Assembly (NCBI GenBank): GCA_001643675.2
Contig: LSRY02000024.1
Span: 496,001 to 560,000, forward strand
Direction: 5' to 3'
Length of the DNA: 64,000 bases
Source of the DNA: Monocercomonoides exilis PA203
Lineage: Eukaryota; Protista; Preaxostyla
Program-made: the position numbers and the translations under genes
Shown: piece after piece, positions 13,519 through 25,700 of the stretch
How the letters are laid out: every line of letters starts with the position of its first letter
Numbering within the stretch: position 1 is the first letter of the stretch
The notes under the pieces: generated by a model
What the model was told of the DNA's origin: nothing
What the model saw: the letters and a program-made list of their open reading frames with translations, nothing else
The model's database searches: none

Positions 13519-14944
13519 ATGAATCAAGTGATTGCAACAATGCTACCACCACATATGAGCAAAGAGGAAGTTCATGTTTGATTTTTTTCCCTAGTCATTT
13601 TTAATTTGCATTTTTGTTTTGGTATTCTTTCATTTTTAAGAAAATTTTTAGCCGATTTGGACTAATAACCGATTATAAGTTTACTGGTGTTGGAAGTGGA
13701 GCGCCATTTGGAACGGCTTGCATTACATATCAAAATCCTTCATCTGCTTGCAAAGCAATTGAATTAGACGAAACAATGATGGATGGAAGCAAAATACGTG
13801 TTTATACTCCTTCTCCATCTGGAATAATCCTTGGGAAAAAGCAAACAATTGTAGACGAAACAATGGATATTCTAAACAGAATTAAAGGCAAAGGGCTACT
13901 TTAAGGGTACCTAAAAAATTTTAAATTAGCTTTATGAAAAGGCTAAATGTTTCCAATTGAACTTTCATCAACACTCTTTGGTGTTGACAATATGTTTTAT
14001 TAATCATCGAACTTTTTTAGGGTTTTCGTTCTCAAAAACAACTGACCCCTAATTGAAATTTTGAATTTCTTTTTTGAAAAGTTAATTAAATAACAATAAA
14101 AAGACATTTTTAGGTTTATAAATTTGAATATTTGTGCTATTTGCAATTGTTAGGGTTGATAATAACTCGATTCAAGCACTGATATGAAGTTTGAAAAAAG
14201 TCTCGTAAAACTTAAGATTTGAATAAAAAAACATTCAATCATTTTCAGTTTTGATCAATTGATTATTATAAACCTAATATACTTTTAATATCTCTCCATT
14301 GCATTTTTTTAGCTATTTATTCATAAATTTAACGAAAAAATCGGGTACCCTTAAAGTAGCATCTTGCCGAATTAAAGTTCACAGCGTTGATTTTGTATCA
14401 TCTGTTTGCACTTGTACCCATTTGAATTTAAGAAAATTTTTTATCATTCATTCATTCTTTTTTATTTTATCAGGCAGCAAGCAAATTTGGTGCAAATCCA
14501 CAACCAAGGCAAGTTGCTACTGCAACTTCTCAGCAAGGAATTCCCACAGGTTCATCTGTTTCTCAACAAACTCACACTTGTTCATATTATCCTTCAACTG
14601 TTCCACAGTCTTTTACACCTCCAACTACGATGATAACTCCACCAACTATTTATGGTCCAATTCCAATTCAACAATTTTCAACCCCAGCTTTTATTCCTGT
14701 TTCTGCTCCTGCACCTGCTCCGGCCCCAGCTCCAGTTGCGGCTTCAGCTCCTTCATTCCCTTATCCTTTACAAACGAACAAAACCAACGATCAGAGTTAT
14801 TGCAATCAATTTACACAAGATAAGACCCCGGCTGGATATGTTCAGACTCCTCTATATTATCAGCCAACATCATTACCAGAACCTTTTTCCTCTTCTTCAT
14901 TTGCAACACCATATTCTACACAATCTGATATAGAAAAGTCTTAA
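13519..14944 (+). CDS. RRM-domain protein with Pro/Ser/Thr/Gln-rich C-terminus; exons 13519-13575, 13641-13887, 14378-14394, 14474-14944
   Basis: RRM-like sequence LPPHMSKEEVHKIFSRFG...GTACITYQNPSSACKAIELDETMMDGSKIRV. GT-AG introns 13576-13640 and 14395-14473. All exons are in frame if 13888-14377 is spliced as a GC-AG intron. Confidence 0.75.
13887..14368. mobile_element. 482-bp non-autonomous DNA transposon: 25-bp TIRs (22/25 match, GG...CC termini) and 8-bp TSD GAATTAAA
   Basis: Left TIR ggcaaagggctactttaagggtacc; right TIR reverse complement ggcaagatgctactttaagggtacc. TSD copies at 13879-13886 and 14369-14376. Removing the element plus one TSD restores ...DILNRIKVHSVDF... Confidence 0.9.
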
Positions 14945-15175
14945 AATTCACCAAAATATTTATTCAAAGAAGAAAAACAAATGAATCTTCTCCTAAAAGA
15001 TTGAACGATTTTTCAGTTATGCTTACAAGATCTGAACCTTTGTATTTTTAGTGATTTTGAGGATTTTAAATTCGTTCGTTACGAAATAAATTATTTTGGT
15101 TCAGATCATTTTATAAAATGATAAAAATTTTTATTTTCCTTAAATATTTGTTGTTTATTGAATTCATTTGAGCAC

Positions 15176-18100
15176 ATGCAATCTAATTTTCCATTTCAAA
15201 CGGCGTTATCTTCTGTGACACTTGGTGTGCTTTATTAAATGATAAAATCATTTTTGATAACTTTCATCATTTTCTCTGTATGTTTCACTTTTTATGAATT
15301 TTCTATAATTATGTCCTGTTCAAAAATTAATTTGCAACAATAAAAGGTTGGAACATAATTGGAGAAGATCCCGAGGAAGATGAGCATCCTCATTTTTGCT
15401 CAAAACGTTGTTCAAAAGTTCTTCTGATAGCTTCCCCGTATGAAGCATTTCTTCTCGAAGATGAAAGTTTGAATATTTCATTTTCTATTTCTGTTTATCG
15501 TTGTCTTGATTTTATTAATTTCATAAAGGTTCGCAGTTTAATTTTTTGGACGAATATCACACTGTTTCAAATGCGAAAGTAATTTACAAATTTGCAAACA
15601 TTTGTGAGCGAGTTCATTCATTAAAAGATGCAATAAAGAGACTTCAACACAATAAATATGATTGCATTTTCGCTGTTTCACAATTGAATGATCAGGGGAT
15701 GATAAATATGGTTTCTTTGCTGAGGAAAAAAATTGGAAATATGATTCCAGTTTTTCCTATTTGCGTAACATATTTGCCCCATCATTTTTCATTGACTTCT
15801 CTGCATTTTCATGAAGATTCTCCTTTAAGACCGTATATGTGCCATTCTCCTGAACTTGGACCTTTGGTTATGCCTTTGCCATTTTCTTGGAAAGGTGATT
15901 TCTCTCTCTTTCAAGCACTTATTCAGCTAGTGGAAGATGCAAAAAACTGCGAACAAGATAGCGTGTTAGGAGCAGGCATAATTGTATATGTTGAGGATGA
16001 TCCATTGTGCTATTCAATTATGTTACCGTTTCTCTATCGCACGATAAACAAATTGCTGCAGCGTCAAATGTTGCCATTGCCCCAAACAGGAATACTCAAA
16101 GAAACAACGAATCAGAAAGAATGCGATCCTTCCATTAAAAAATACAAACAGACTTATTTTCAGTTCACTTGCAGAAAATATCTGCAACACACATTGTTTT
16201 TGCAATGCAGCAGAGTGAAGCTAATACACGTGCACACTTTTGAAGAAGGCCAGATGGCAATTGAGAGATACAAAGACAATATGATTGGACTAATTTGCGA
16301 TGTGAATCTTCGCTGCACAGATGAAAAGAACAGCAATTCTCGGCCTCTTTCATCCCAGCTGCCTTATAACCATCATCATCAGTGTATTTCACAAGTTTCG
16401 CCTTTGAGCTTTTCTGCTGATTTGCCTTCTTTTCCCGAAATGTTTACTCAAAGTCCACTTTCTTCTTCTTCTTCTCCTCCTTCATTTTCGTCAATCCCGC
16501 GTGGAATGGAGATAGAGATGAGGTATCAACTGGCTCAATTAGATGAATCTCTTTCTGCTCAAAACGGTTTCTCCTCAACAGAACATTCTCTGCGAACAAA
16601 TAAGATAGAAACACCGATTCGGTCAACAATAGCTTCTCCTTTCACACCAAATTCTCTCTTGCCATCTCCAAATGTGACTCCAGTTTTATCGAACTCGTTT
16701 TTCTCAAGCAGCTCTTCAAACGACCGTCTTGTTCGGTTCGGCGGAGGATTGGAACTGAAGCGGCAGCTTGGAGACAGATGCACCGTCCTTTTCTTGTCCT
16801 CTCTTGAACACCCACCTGTTTCTATCATTTTGGATTTGCTAACGCCACCACCGCTGCCCCAACCACTTCAGCAGCCTGCTCAAGTTTCTGAGCAGTTTGA
16901 AGTGCCTCGTTTGTCTTCCCTGTCGTCATCATCATCATTATCATCATCAACATCTTCTTCTTCTACTTCACTGCAGCCTTCTTCATTCATAAACTTTCCA
17001 TCTCAATCTTCTGCCCCATTGCCGCCGACTTATCCAGTTTCTTCAGTTCCTTCGTCAAACGTTACTTTCATTTACCGAGATTCGCCTGACTCGCTCAAAA
17101 AGATTGAATATTTCTTGGAGATATACGTTGGACTGGGCCCTTTCCAGTTCCGCCATCCGCAGACGGAAGAGACAGTGTATGAGGCAGCGACTGTGGATGA
17201 GCTGTTTAACTACATTTTCACAGCAGACGATGAGATTATTGTGCGGCATGCGTTCCGCAACGACTTCAGCAACTGGCTGTTTGCCCACGGAGAGTTTGCG
17301 CTGGCTCGCCTGCTGCGTGTGTATGACACACATGCTGTGCATTTTTCGGGAAATGAGCTGAAAGAAAGAGTGCGGAAGATCCGGCTGTTTATGGAGACAG
17401 CGTTTCAGATATACAGAAAGAGGCACGTGATGGGTGAGGCGGCGTTTGCAGAGGAATTTGCGTCTGGCAGAACAGAAGCAGAGGAAAGGCATATTTTTGA
17501 AGGAATTAGCGAAAAAGAGCAGTTGAAGAATATAAAGAGCAATTTTGCAGCAAATGAGGAACTTGTGATTGCTGGAGACAAAAAGAGAAATGAATTTGAA
17601 TGGAAGAAAGGAGAAAGTCTGAACGATGAGCAAAATGGAAACAATTCTTTCTTAAGAGAGCCAGAATTAAATGATGATAAAGATAATGAGTCGGTTTTTC
17701 AATCAAAACCCGAGTCATTTGAAGTGCCTACAAATCCGTCAGACCGCGCAACAGACAAGATTCGCAATCGTTCCATTGCATCTTCAAAAGTTAGCCAGCC
17801 AATTCCTTCGACCTTCTCATACAAGCACATTTCTCCTTCGTTTCTGACTTCAGTCACACGAGTGGGATCAGGCGCAGTTGGCGGCAAAGCGCGGGGGCTT
17901 CTGTTTTTGGAGCGGCTGATTTCGCTGGAAAAGAACTCATTGGAACAGACATTGAATGGGAAGAGCAGCAGAGATGTGAATGCTAACTTTGCGTCTTCTG
18001 GTTCGACTGGATCGTCAGCATTTATATCTGGTGTTGGAGGAAGCAATTTCGGATTTGGTGCAAATGACGCTGCTTCACAGCGAATATCAATCAAAATACC

Positions 18101-21100
18101 CCGAACGCTTGTTTTGTGCACAGACATCTTTGACGAATTTATTCAGATGAATCATTTTGAGTTCCTGTTTGATGAAGAAAATTATACCAACATGGACAAA
18201 AACTGTTCCCCTCTTTTAACACCAATGTCTGAATCACCTTCTTCTTCCTCTTCTTCCTCTTCCTCTTCCTCCTCTTCTTCTCCTCCTTCAGTAACAAGCA
18301 CACAATCTGCTCTTGAGTCGCTGTTCCTGTCATCTCCTGTTCCACCTCGAATCATTCCTCATCTGGCCAGTTTTGTTGCGGCGCTCGATGTTCCCCTGGC
18401 GGTGCGTTCGTCTTCTCTTCTGGAAGACTCACAGCATCAGCCGATGGCAGGCATTTATGAGACAGTGATGATACCCAATCAGCCGAGGAGGAATTCAAAG
18501 AAATCAACAAAGTCAAAGAAATCAAAAAGGAGAAGAAGATGGAGGACAGAAAAGGAAATGGAAAGAGAGAAACAGATAGAAGAAGAGGAAATAAATGGAA
18601 GGATAGGAATGGAATATGAAGGCAGCAGCAATTGCACTGAAGCAGATGCAGCAGAAGGAGAAAACAGCGACGACAACATTGACGAAGAGGATATTCGAAG
18701 CAGAGTTGAAACTCTTTGTGGAGCAGTGAAAAGAGTGTGGGCATCAATGTTTACTGAAAAGGCAAGACAATCCATCAATCTGTATGGATTCACCATCAGA
18801 GACGAAAAAATGGCAGTTATCATTCAGGAAGTGGTTGGCAAATACTTCTGCAGCAACGCTAAAGATGAAAGCGAAACACAACAAAACGATTCTTCTGCTG
18901 CTTCAATGAAATCTTTGTCATTCGCTTCGATGTCGAACTTTCTGTTTGGCGATTCATTTGACAGCGAAAAAACAACTTCTTTTGATTCAAACGAAACCAG
19001 CACAATCAATTCAAATAAGAACGAAAATGAAAAAGACGATGAAGAAACGTTGGAACCGACTCATTTCTATCCAGATGTGTCTGGGGTGTTGCAGTCGATC
19101 AACCACTACCCAATCAACGGAATGAAAGCAGAGGATGGAGTTTGCATGCTTTCACTGGGATTGGGAAAGACTGTTGTGGAAGGCGGAAACAGCTATGCTT
19201 TTTCACTGACAAGACCAGATGTGTCCTATCATTTTGGGAAATCTGAGTTGCTTACTCAAACACAGAAGGATTTCTTTGCAGTTGATTTGAGAAGGAGAAA
19301 GAAGGAAACAACAAATAAGTCCAAAGGCAATGGATTTCTATGTGTAGGGCTGAACGGGAGAAAAGGAATAAGCAATAATTTTGATTCATATTTATCATCA
19401 GGTTCAAACAATCACATTCTTTTTCACGAAAACAGTCAAACAAGAAAGTTCGAAAATACAGAGTTTACAGACATGAATGAAGAAGAAGAAGAAGAAAAAG
19501 AAATAAACGAAAGCGAAAGCGATGAAGAAGACAACAGCAGTGATTGTGTGATGAAGCTGACACTGGAGGATGCGGAGTTGGACGGAACACTGCAGCCACA
19601 TGGGAGTGTGTATGATTTTGACGACGATCGGCTGAAGAACTACATCCACGGAGACTTGTTTACGAAGCCACGGGTTGTGACGTTCCATCGGCTTCTGAGA
19701 CAGCCCATCCAGAACATTGTGATGCGGCAGGCGCCTCAAAAGAGCGTGATGGCCAATCCACTTTGCATTTCGCCGAGTTGTCTTTCGTCTTCAATTCAGT
19801 CATTTCCGCCTCCATCTCTCAGCACCCCAACATTTGCTACTCCTTCTCTGCCATCTTTTTCATCTGGCTCGTCGTTGCCATTTCAATCATCCCAGTTTAT
19901 GAATCACTCTTCCTCTTCCCATTCGCTTCTTTCTACATCGAATTCTTGTTCCTCATTTTCATCTTCTCTTCAGTCAATTCTTGATTCTCTTTCTGTGAAC
20001 ACTGCGTCCTCTTTCACTTCGTCATTGACTTCAAACACATCAAGCACGTCAAGCACATCAAACACCTTTAACACTTTAAACATCTCGAACACTTCATGTT
20101 CTGCACCAACTCTTTCAACATTGTCTCTCGTTCCAACGAAAAAACAAATTTGCAAGCCATCATTTTCTCTCCCTCCTCGTTCACTACGACATTCTTCTTC
20201 ATCAACTTCTATCTCTTCCTCTTTGTTTTCTTCATCAACCAATTCATCTTTTTCATCATCTTCATCATCTTCCTCCTCCTCCTCTTCTTCTTCCACACAG
20301 AACAACATGACATTCCCAGAACTGCTGCAGAAGCTGATCAAGCTGTGTGAGTGGGGCATGGCTGGGGCAGTTGAAATGGAATTTGCGATTACGTTTCCTC
20401 CGTCGCTGCATTCGCAGTCGAGACAAGTGTTTCCTCGTTGTTCATCGTCATTTGCTGCTTCAACGAGTCATACGTGTTTGTTGCCAGCTTCAGGAAAAGA
20501 TGAGTTTTGGGGCCAGCAGCTAGAAGAAATGACGATTCCGCAGCTGTTCCTTTTGCAGCTGCGGCGAATGTCGACGCTGGACAACGAGGAGATGAGCGAG
20601 ATGAGCAGCCAATCAGCGGCAGAGAGCAGGGGAAATATGAGCAGGATGGGTGATGCAGCTTGCTGGAAGAAAATAGCATTCTCTGGGTTGGCGCTGGGGC
20701 ATGGGACGCGGGAATGTATTCGGGACATTGTGTTTGTGAAGCCATCGAGGTTTGACCGGACGAAGACAGAGAGGATAGCGCGGGAGATTGCAGAGTTCAA
20801 CAGATGTCTGATGGCAGCAGATGCACCAGATGCATCGGCTGTGACAGCATCGGTGGAAGCTGAGATGGGCAAAGGGAGCAACAGAAGAGGGATTGAGAGA
20901 AATATGTGTTGTGGCCATCGTCCATATATTGCAATTGGGGTTGGGCGGTGGGGCACAACGTGTCCTTCGCTGGGCATTCCTGTTGAGTGGTCGTCGATCA
21001 GCGGGGCAGTAGTTCTGGTGGAGGCGTCGTCTGTTCCTCAGAAGTCGTCTTCGTCTTTGTTTGAGGTGGAGCCGTCGCTGGGGACACACTTTATGCACAA

Positions 21101-22760
21101 TGTGATGACGAGGAAGATTCCGATATTGTTCATCCAGCCGAAGAAAAGAGCAGCCGTTCAGAATCATCATCCACCATCCTTCTCAGACTCAGTAAACCCA
21201 TCAACATCTTTGGAAGGGGATGAAAACAGGCCATTTATTGACTGGGAGTGGCTGATGGAGCAGGAAGTTGTTCGGGAAGGGGAGTTTGTGGTGTGGTGCC
21301 GGACGAAAGAGGACATTGCTGTTTCTGTTGATCCAGAGACTCGGACAGCCTCGATATATGCCATCAAAGAGAAAGAGAAAAGCGAAGAAAAAGAGAAAAA
21401 CAAAGAGAAAGATAAAAATCAAAATGCGAAAGAAACAAAAAAGAAGGAGAAAAATGAACTGAGCAACATCAAAGACTTGAAGAATGGGAGATATTTTGTG
21501 GACAAGAGAGAGAGGACGAGTGATGGATCTGTGTGCAGCGAGGGAGAAATGTTTGATGAGGCAGACTCGAACTTCTTGTGCTCAAACGAGGATTTGGATG
21601 AGAAAGAGAACATTGAGAGGCACATCCAGTGTGGAGAGGACGAGGGGGATTTGGAGAGTTCAGATGAGGAGAAAGAGGATGGAGGGGGTGTTGTGAAGAA
21701 AAGACGAAATCCGTCTGGTTTCTTTCTTGGCTCTGCATTGCCTTCGCTGTTGCCTTCAGCGAATGGAGAGGCACATGCCAGTCAGTTTCATTCCTCCGTT
21801 CCTTCCTCTCTTTCTCTGAACACTCCACTTCACATTCGCTGCTCATCATTCTCGCCTTGCTCAACACATTTGTCTTCTTCTCCACCTGCTTTTTCTTCTT
21901 CGTGCTTGATTCCATCACACACACCTCAGGAAGCATCTCCCTCTCCCTCTTCTTTTCACATTCATTCACTCTCTCCCTCTCCTTCTCTTTCTCCTTCTCA
22001 CTCTCCCATCCCATCTTCGCTCTCAGCAGCGTCTTTGTCGTTCATTATACCCCGCCCTCAGTCACTGTCTTCAATCACACACGCATCCTCATCGCACATG
22101 TTTGCACACTCGCAGCCTCTTCCATCTCGACTCTCTCCATCCAAATCGAACAACGGAAATATCAAGTTACACAACAGAAATTGCAGTGAAACAATGAATG
22201 TGCCATCTGAAGAAGTAATTGCTGCAAATGTGAATAAAGAGCCACAATCTGCGCTTCCTGTTTTGCTGAGAGCAGAAAAAGTGGAATTGTGCATGAATGT
22301 TTCGAGAGATGAGAGGGAAGAGAGGGATGAGAGGGATGAAAGACATGAAAGAAAGAAAGGATTTTTGGATGACTCAGACAGAATGGACAAAGGGAAAAAG
22401 AAGCTGAGACTGGAAAAACAGTCAGGGTTTGGAGAGACGAAGGAGGCTGAGATGAAAGGAGAGGATGACAAGTTTGTGAAGCCAGATGAAGTCCCTTCAC
22501 TTTCTCCTCCTTCTCTTACTCCTCCTTCACTTTCTCCTCCTCCTCCTTCATCGCCTTCGATATTCTTCTCTTCTTCGCCGAGTTCTTTTGATTCGTCGAT
22601 ACCCACATACTACATTGTGCCTCCAGCCAGCCATTCTTCGGACCTTTCTGTACCAACTCTGAAGCCTCCCTCTCCTCCTTCTCCTCCCTCTCCACCTTCT
22701 CCTCCCAACAACTCTCAACCACATTCATTCTCTTCTTCCACATTTCTTCCTTTTGGCTGA
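15176..22760 (+). CDS. PEP-synthase/PPDK N-terminal (ATP-grasp, PPDK_N) domain protein with receiver-like N-terminal region and long low-complexity inserts; probable introns 15225-15346 and 15467-15528
   Basis: Motifs VLLIASPYEAFLLED, VGGKARGLLFL, IPRTLVLCTDIFDEF, LAVRSSSLLEDS.HQPMAGIYET, EKMAVIIQEVVG, LGLGKTVVEGG, VEMEFA, GRWGT..LGIPV, EPSLGTHF. The first exon is less certain. Confidence 0.8.
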
Positions 22761-25700
22761 ATCCAAACAAAGTGAGAGAATCTGCTATTGATTGCTTTCT
22801 TTTCTTTTACCTTTTTCTTTTTTGTTTTCATTTTTTGATAAAAGTTGAAACGACTTCATTTGATTGAGGTTGTTTTCATGGAAATGTATTTTTTTATTTT
22901 TTGAATTGTGAATTTGTGGTTCATGTTTTATGAATTAGCAGGTGGAATCTTTTTGAGTTGATTTCTGTTGAAATTGTTTCTGTTCTTGTTTCTGCTTTTA
23001 TTTTCCCAATCGAAATTTTTGTATTCAACATTTCGTGTTCTGCTTTGCAGTTATGATTTTGTTATCCTTCTCTGTGAATAATGAATGTTGTGTGATTTTT
23101 GTTTCACACACGCTTTAACAAATAGAAATATTTCTGAAGAAGCTCACCAAATGTGATTTTGAATGAGAAGTTTTGCACTCAAAATGAAAATTCTTCTTCA
23201 ACTGAAAAAAACATATTCACCTTCCCTTTGTTATTTCTCAAAAACCAATTTCCACCATGCACACAAGAATTGATTCAAAATTTCCTTGCTTTTCCAGAAT
23301 AATTATAAATAAATTAATTTGTTTGAGAGCGTTTCGAAATTGCTTGGATGACTGTGATATTTTGAAGATTTTCAAAGATTAATCTAAATAACAAACAATT
23401 TTATTTTTTAAAATGTTTCCATGTTGTTTGAAATAGAGATATTTTTCAAGAATGTTATTAAAGCACAAAACGTTTCATATATTTAAGTGTTTCTTAAATA
23501 AAAATGTTTATTTTGTTTTTTGCCCTTAATAAATGCACAAAAACAACTTTTCTTCGTTTCATTGATTAAGCGTTAGAGATGCGATCAACAGTTATATTTT
23601 TTACAGTCCTTGCATACATTTTTATCGTTAATTCCCAGTCAACCGAACATTTCATCGAACAACAACGCGAAGAAGAGTGCAGAAGCGAGAAAATATTTGT
23701 TCATCCTCAGATGCACAGATGTCTTGAAAATTCATCAGAGCATAAAGTGTATTACAATAATTTATTGCAACACATGAATACTTTCCAACCGAGCATCAGC
23801 CTTGGAAACACTGAAATTGAAGGAAAATACGAAAAACACGATTTGCAGCATGATGTGAAGGAAAACAAAAGAAATTATCGGACTTTTGGACCAGAAATAT
23901 CACGTAATTATCGGATGCACCTTTTTAAAGAAATGTTGAAAGATCATATAAAAAGTGAGATTGGTGGATGTGTTTGTGCATCAAACTCTTCCATTGAGTT
24001 GAAGGAGATTGGGCTGATCGGGAGTGAGTGTGGGAGTGTTGTATGTGGAAGGAGGGGAAGTGTGGTTGTGGTGAGGGGGTGTGTTGTGGGGATGGGGAAG
24101 GACAATGAGGCAGGGGCATTTGATCTTTGTGGATGCATTGGGATATTAACGAATATCACATTAAAGGGATGGGAAAGAGGAGGAGAAATTTATTCGGGAA
24201 GGCTGTTTGGAGGGAGCGATGAAGGAGAAGGGAGTATTTCAGCGAGCGAATCACACTTCTCTTCTATTTGTGTCTCATCAGCCCCATTCCTGTCATCACC
24301 TTCAATACCCCTAATATCCCTCTCCAAATTATCATTTTTCAATATCTCAACAGCAAATGAGGCATGCTCGCCTTCAACCACTTCCATTTCCCAAACAAAT
24401 TGTTTGATGAGCAGCTGCTCATTCTCATCAGTCTGTGATGCGTATGATGGAGGAATCGTTCCTTCACTCAATTACCCTTTGGCCTCTTTGACAGCCTCAA
24501 ACACCTCATTCATTGGATGCTGTCGGACAAGAAATGCCAATTTCATTGGAACTGCAGAGGCACCATTGAAACCAGGGAGACAAAACACAACGGATAATGG
24601 AGCAAATACATTCATTTGGTGCGAATGGAATGGATCGAAGGCAACAGGAACAAGTGATTCAGTTTCAGATGGGATATCGAGTGGAGGGGCTATCTGCATG
24701 TACAGCCAATCGTCGGCATCGATTTCAATTAAGCACTGCTCATTCAACGACTGCAATGCTTTTTATGACGGAGGAGCAATCATGTGCCATTACATAAAAT
24801 CTGTTGAGGTTGTTAACAATTCATTCGACTCATGTACCGCTCAAGCTTGGGCCGGAGGAGGGATATGTGTTATGACGATTTCAACATGTGTTCGGATCAG
24901 CAGATGCGAATTTCAGAATTGCAAGGCACACCACGATGGGGGAGGGTTGAGATTAGAAAATATTCAAGTGAACGGATCTGGATGTATTGGAGATGAGAAT
25001 GGAGAAGGGGAGAGTGCGTGCGTGTTTGACTGCAGATTTTCTTCATGCTCTGTAACAAATAATTGGGGTGGAGGAATGTGTTGTTATTATATAGTTCCCC
25101 AATTCAAGGTAAGGAGCGTTCAATTTATCTCATGCACTGCACGACAAGAAGGTGGAGGGTTTCATTTAAATCCATATCAACAAAATGCACCAGATGATAG
25201 GATTTATTGTTTTTTCCTTTTCTTTCATGAATGCAAGTGCAGGGATGCATCCAATCCATATGGGCATGATTTAGAATATGTAGATTATAACAATGTCTAT
25301 TTGCATTCAGGAAATCCGTTCTTTGAATGTTACACCACAAATGAAAATGACAAGAGAGTGTGCTTTGCATACAATTATGCAAATGCAAGTGCCTGGACAT
25401 ATGACCAAACATCAAAAAAGGATTGGCTGAAGGATTGGACGAAGGTTCTATTTGTTGGAGTGAATGGAGATGACTCGAGAGGGCTGTGTGGAATGAGTGT
25501 GTTGGCACCTTGCAAGACGGTGGGACACGCAGTGGAGACGGGCTTGGAAGAGCTGAGCTCATCAGTCACACTGATGGAAGGGAATCACACAAGCGAGGTG
25601 ACAACGATTGAGATTGGAGAGAAGAAGATTTCGATCATTGGGAAAGGCAAAGAGAAAAGTTCGATTGGAACAGGAGCACTTTCATCATCATCAGCAGCAG

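Noticed and set aside
13907-13912. GT donor (GTACCT) inside the left TIR as an alternative splice site
   Set aside because: An in-frame TAA at 13902-13904 precedes it, so it cannot give a full-length protein.
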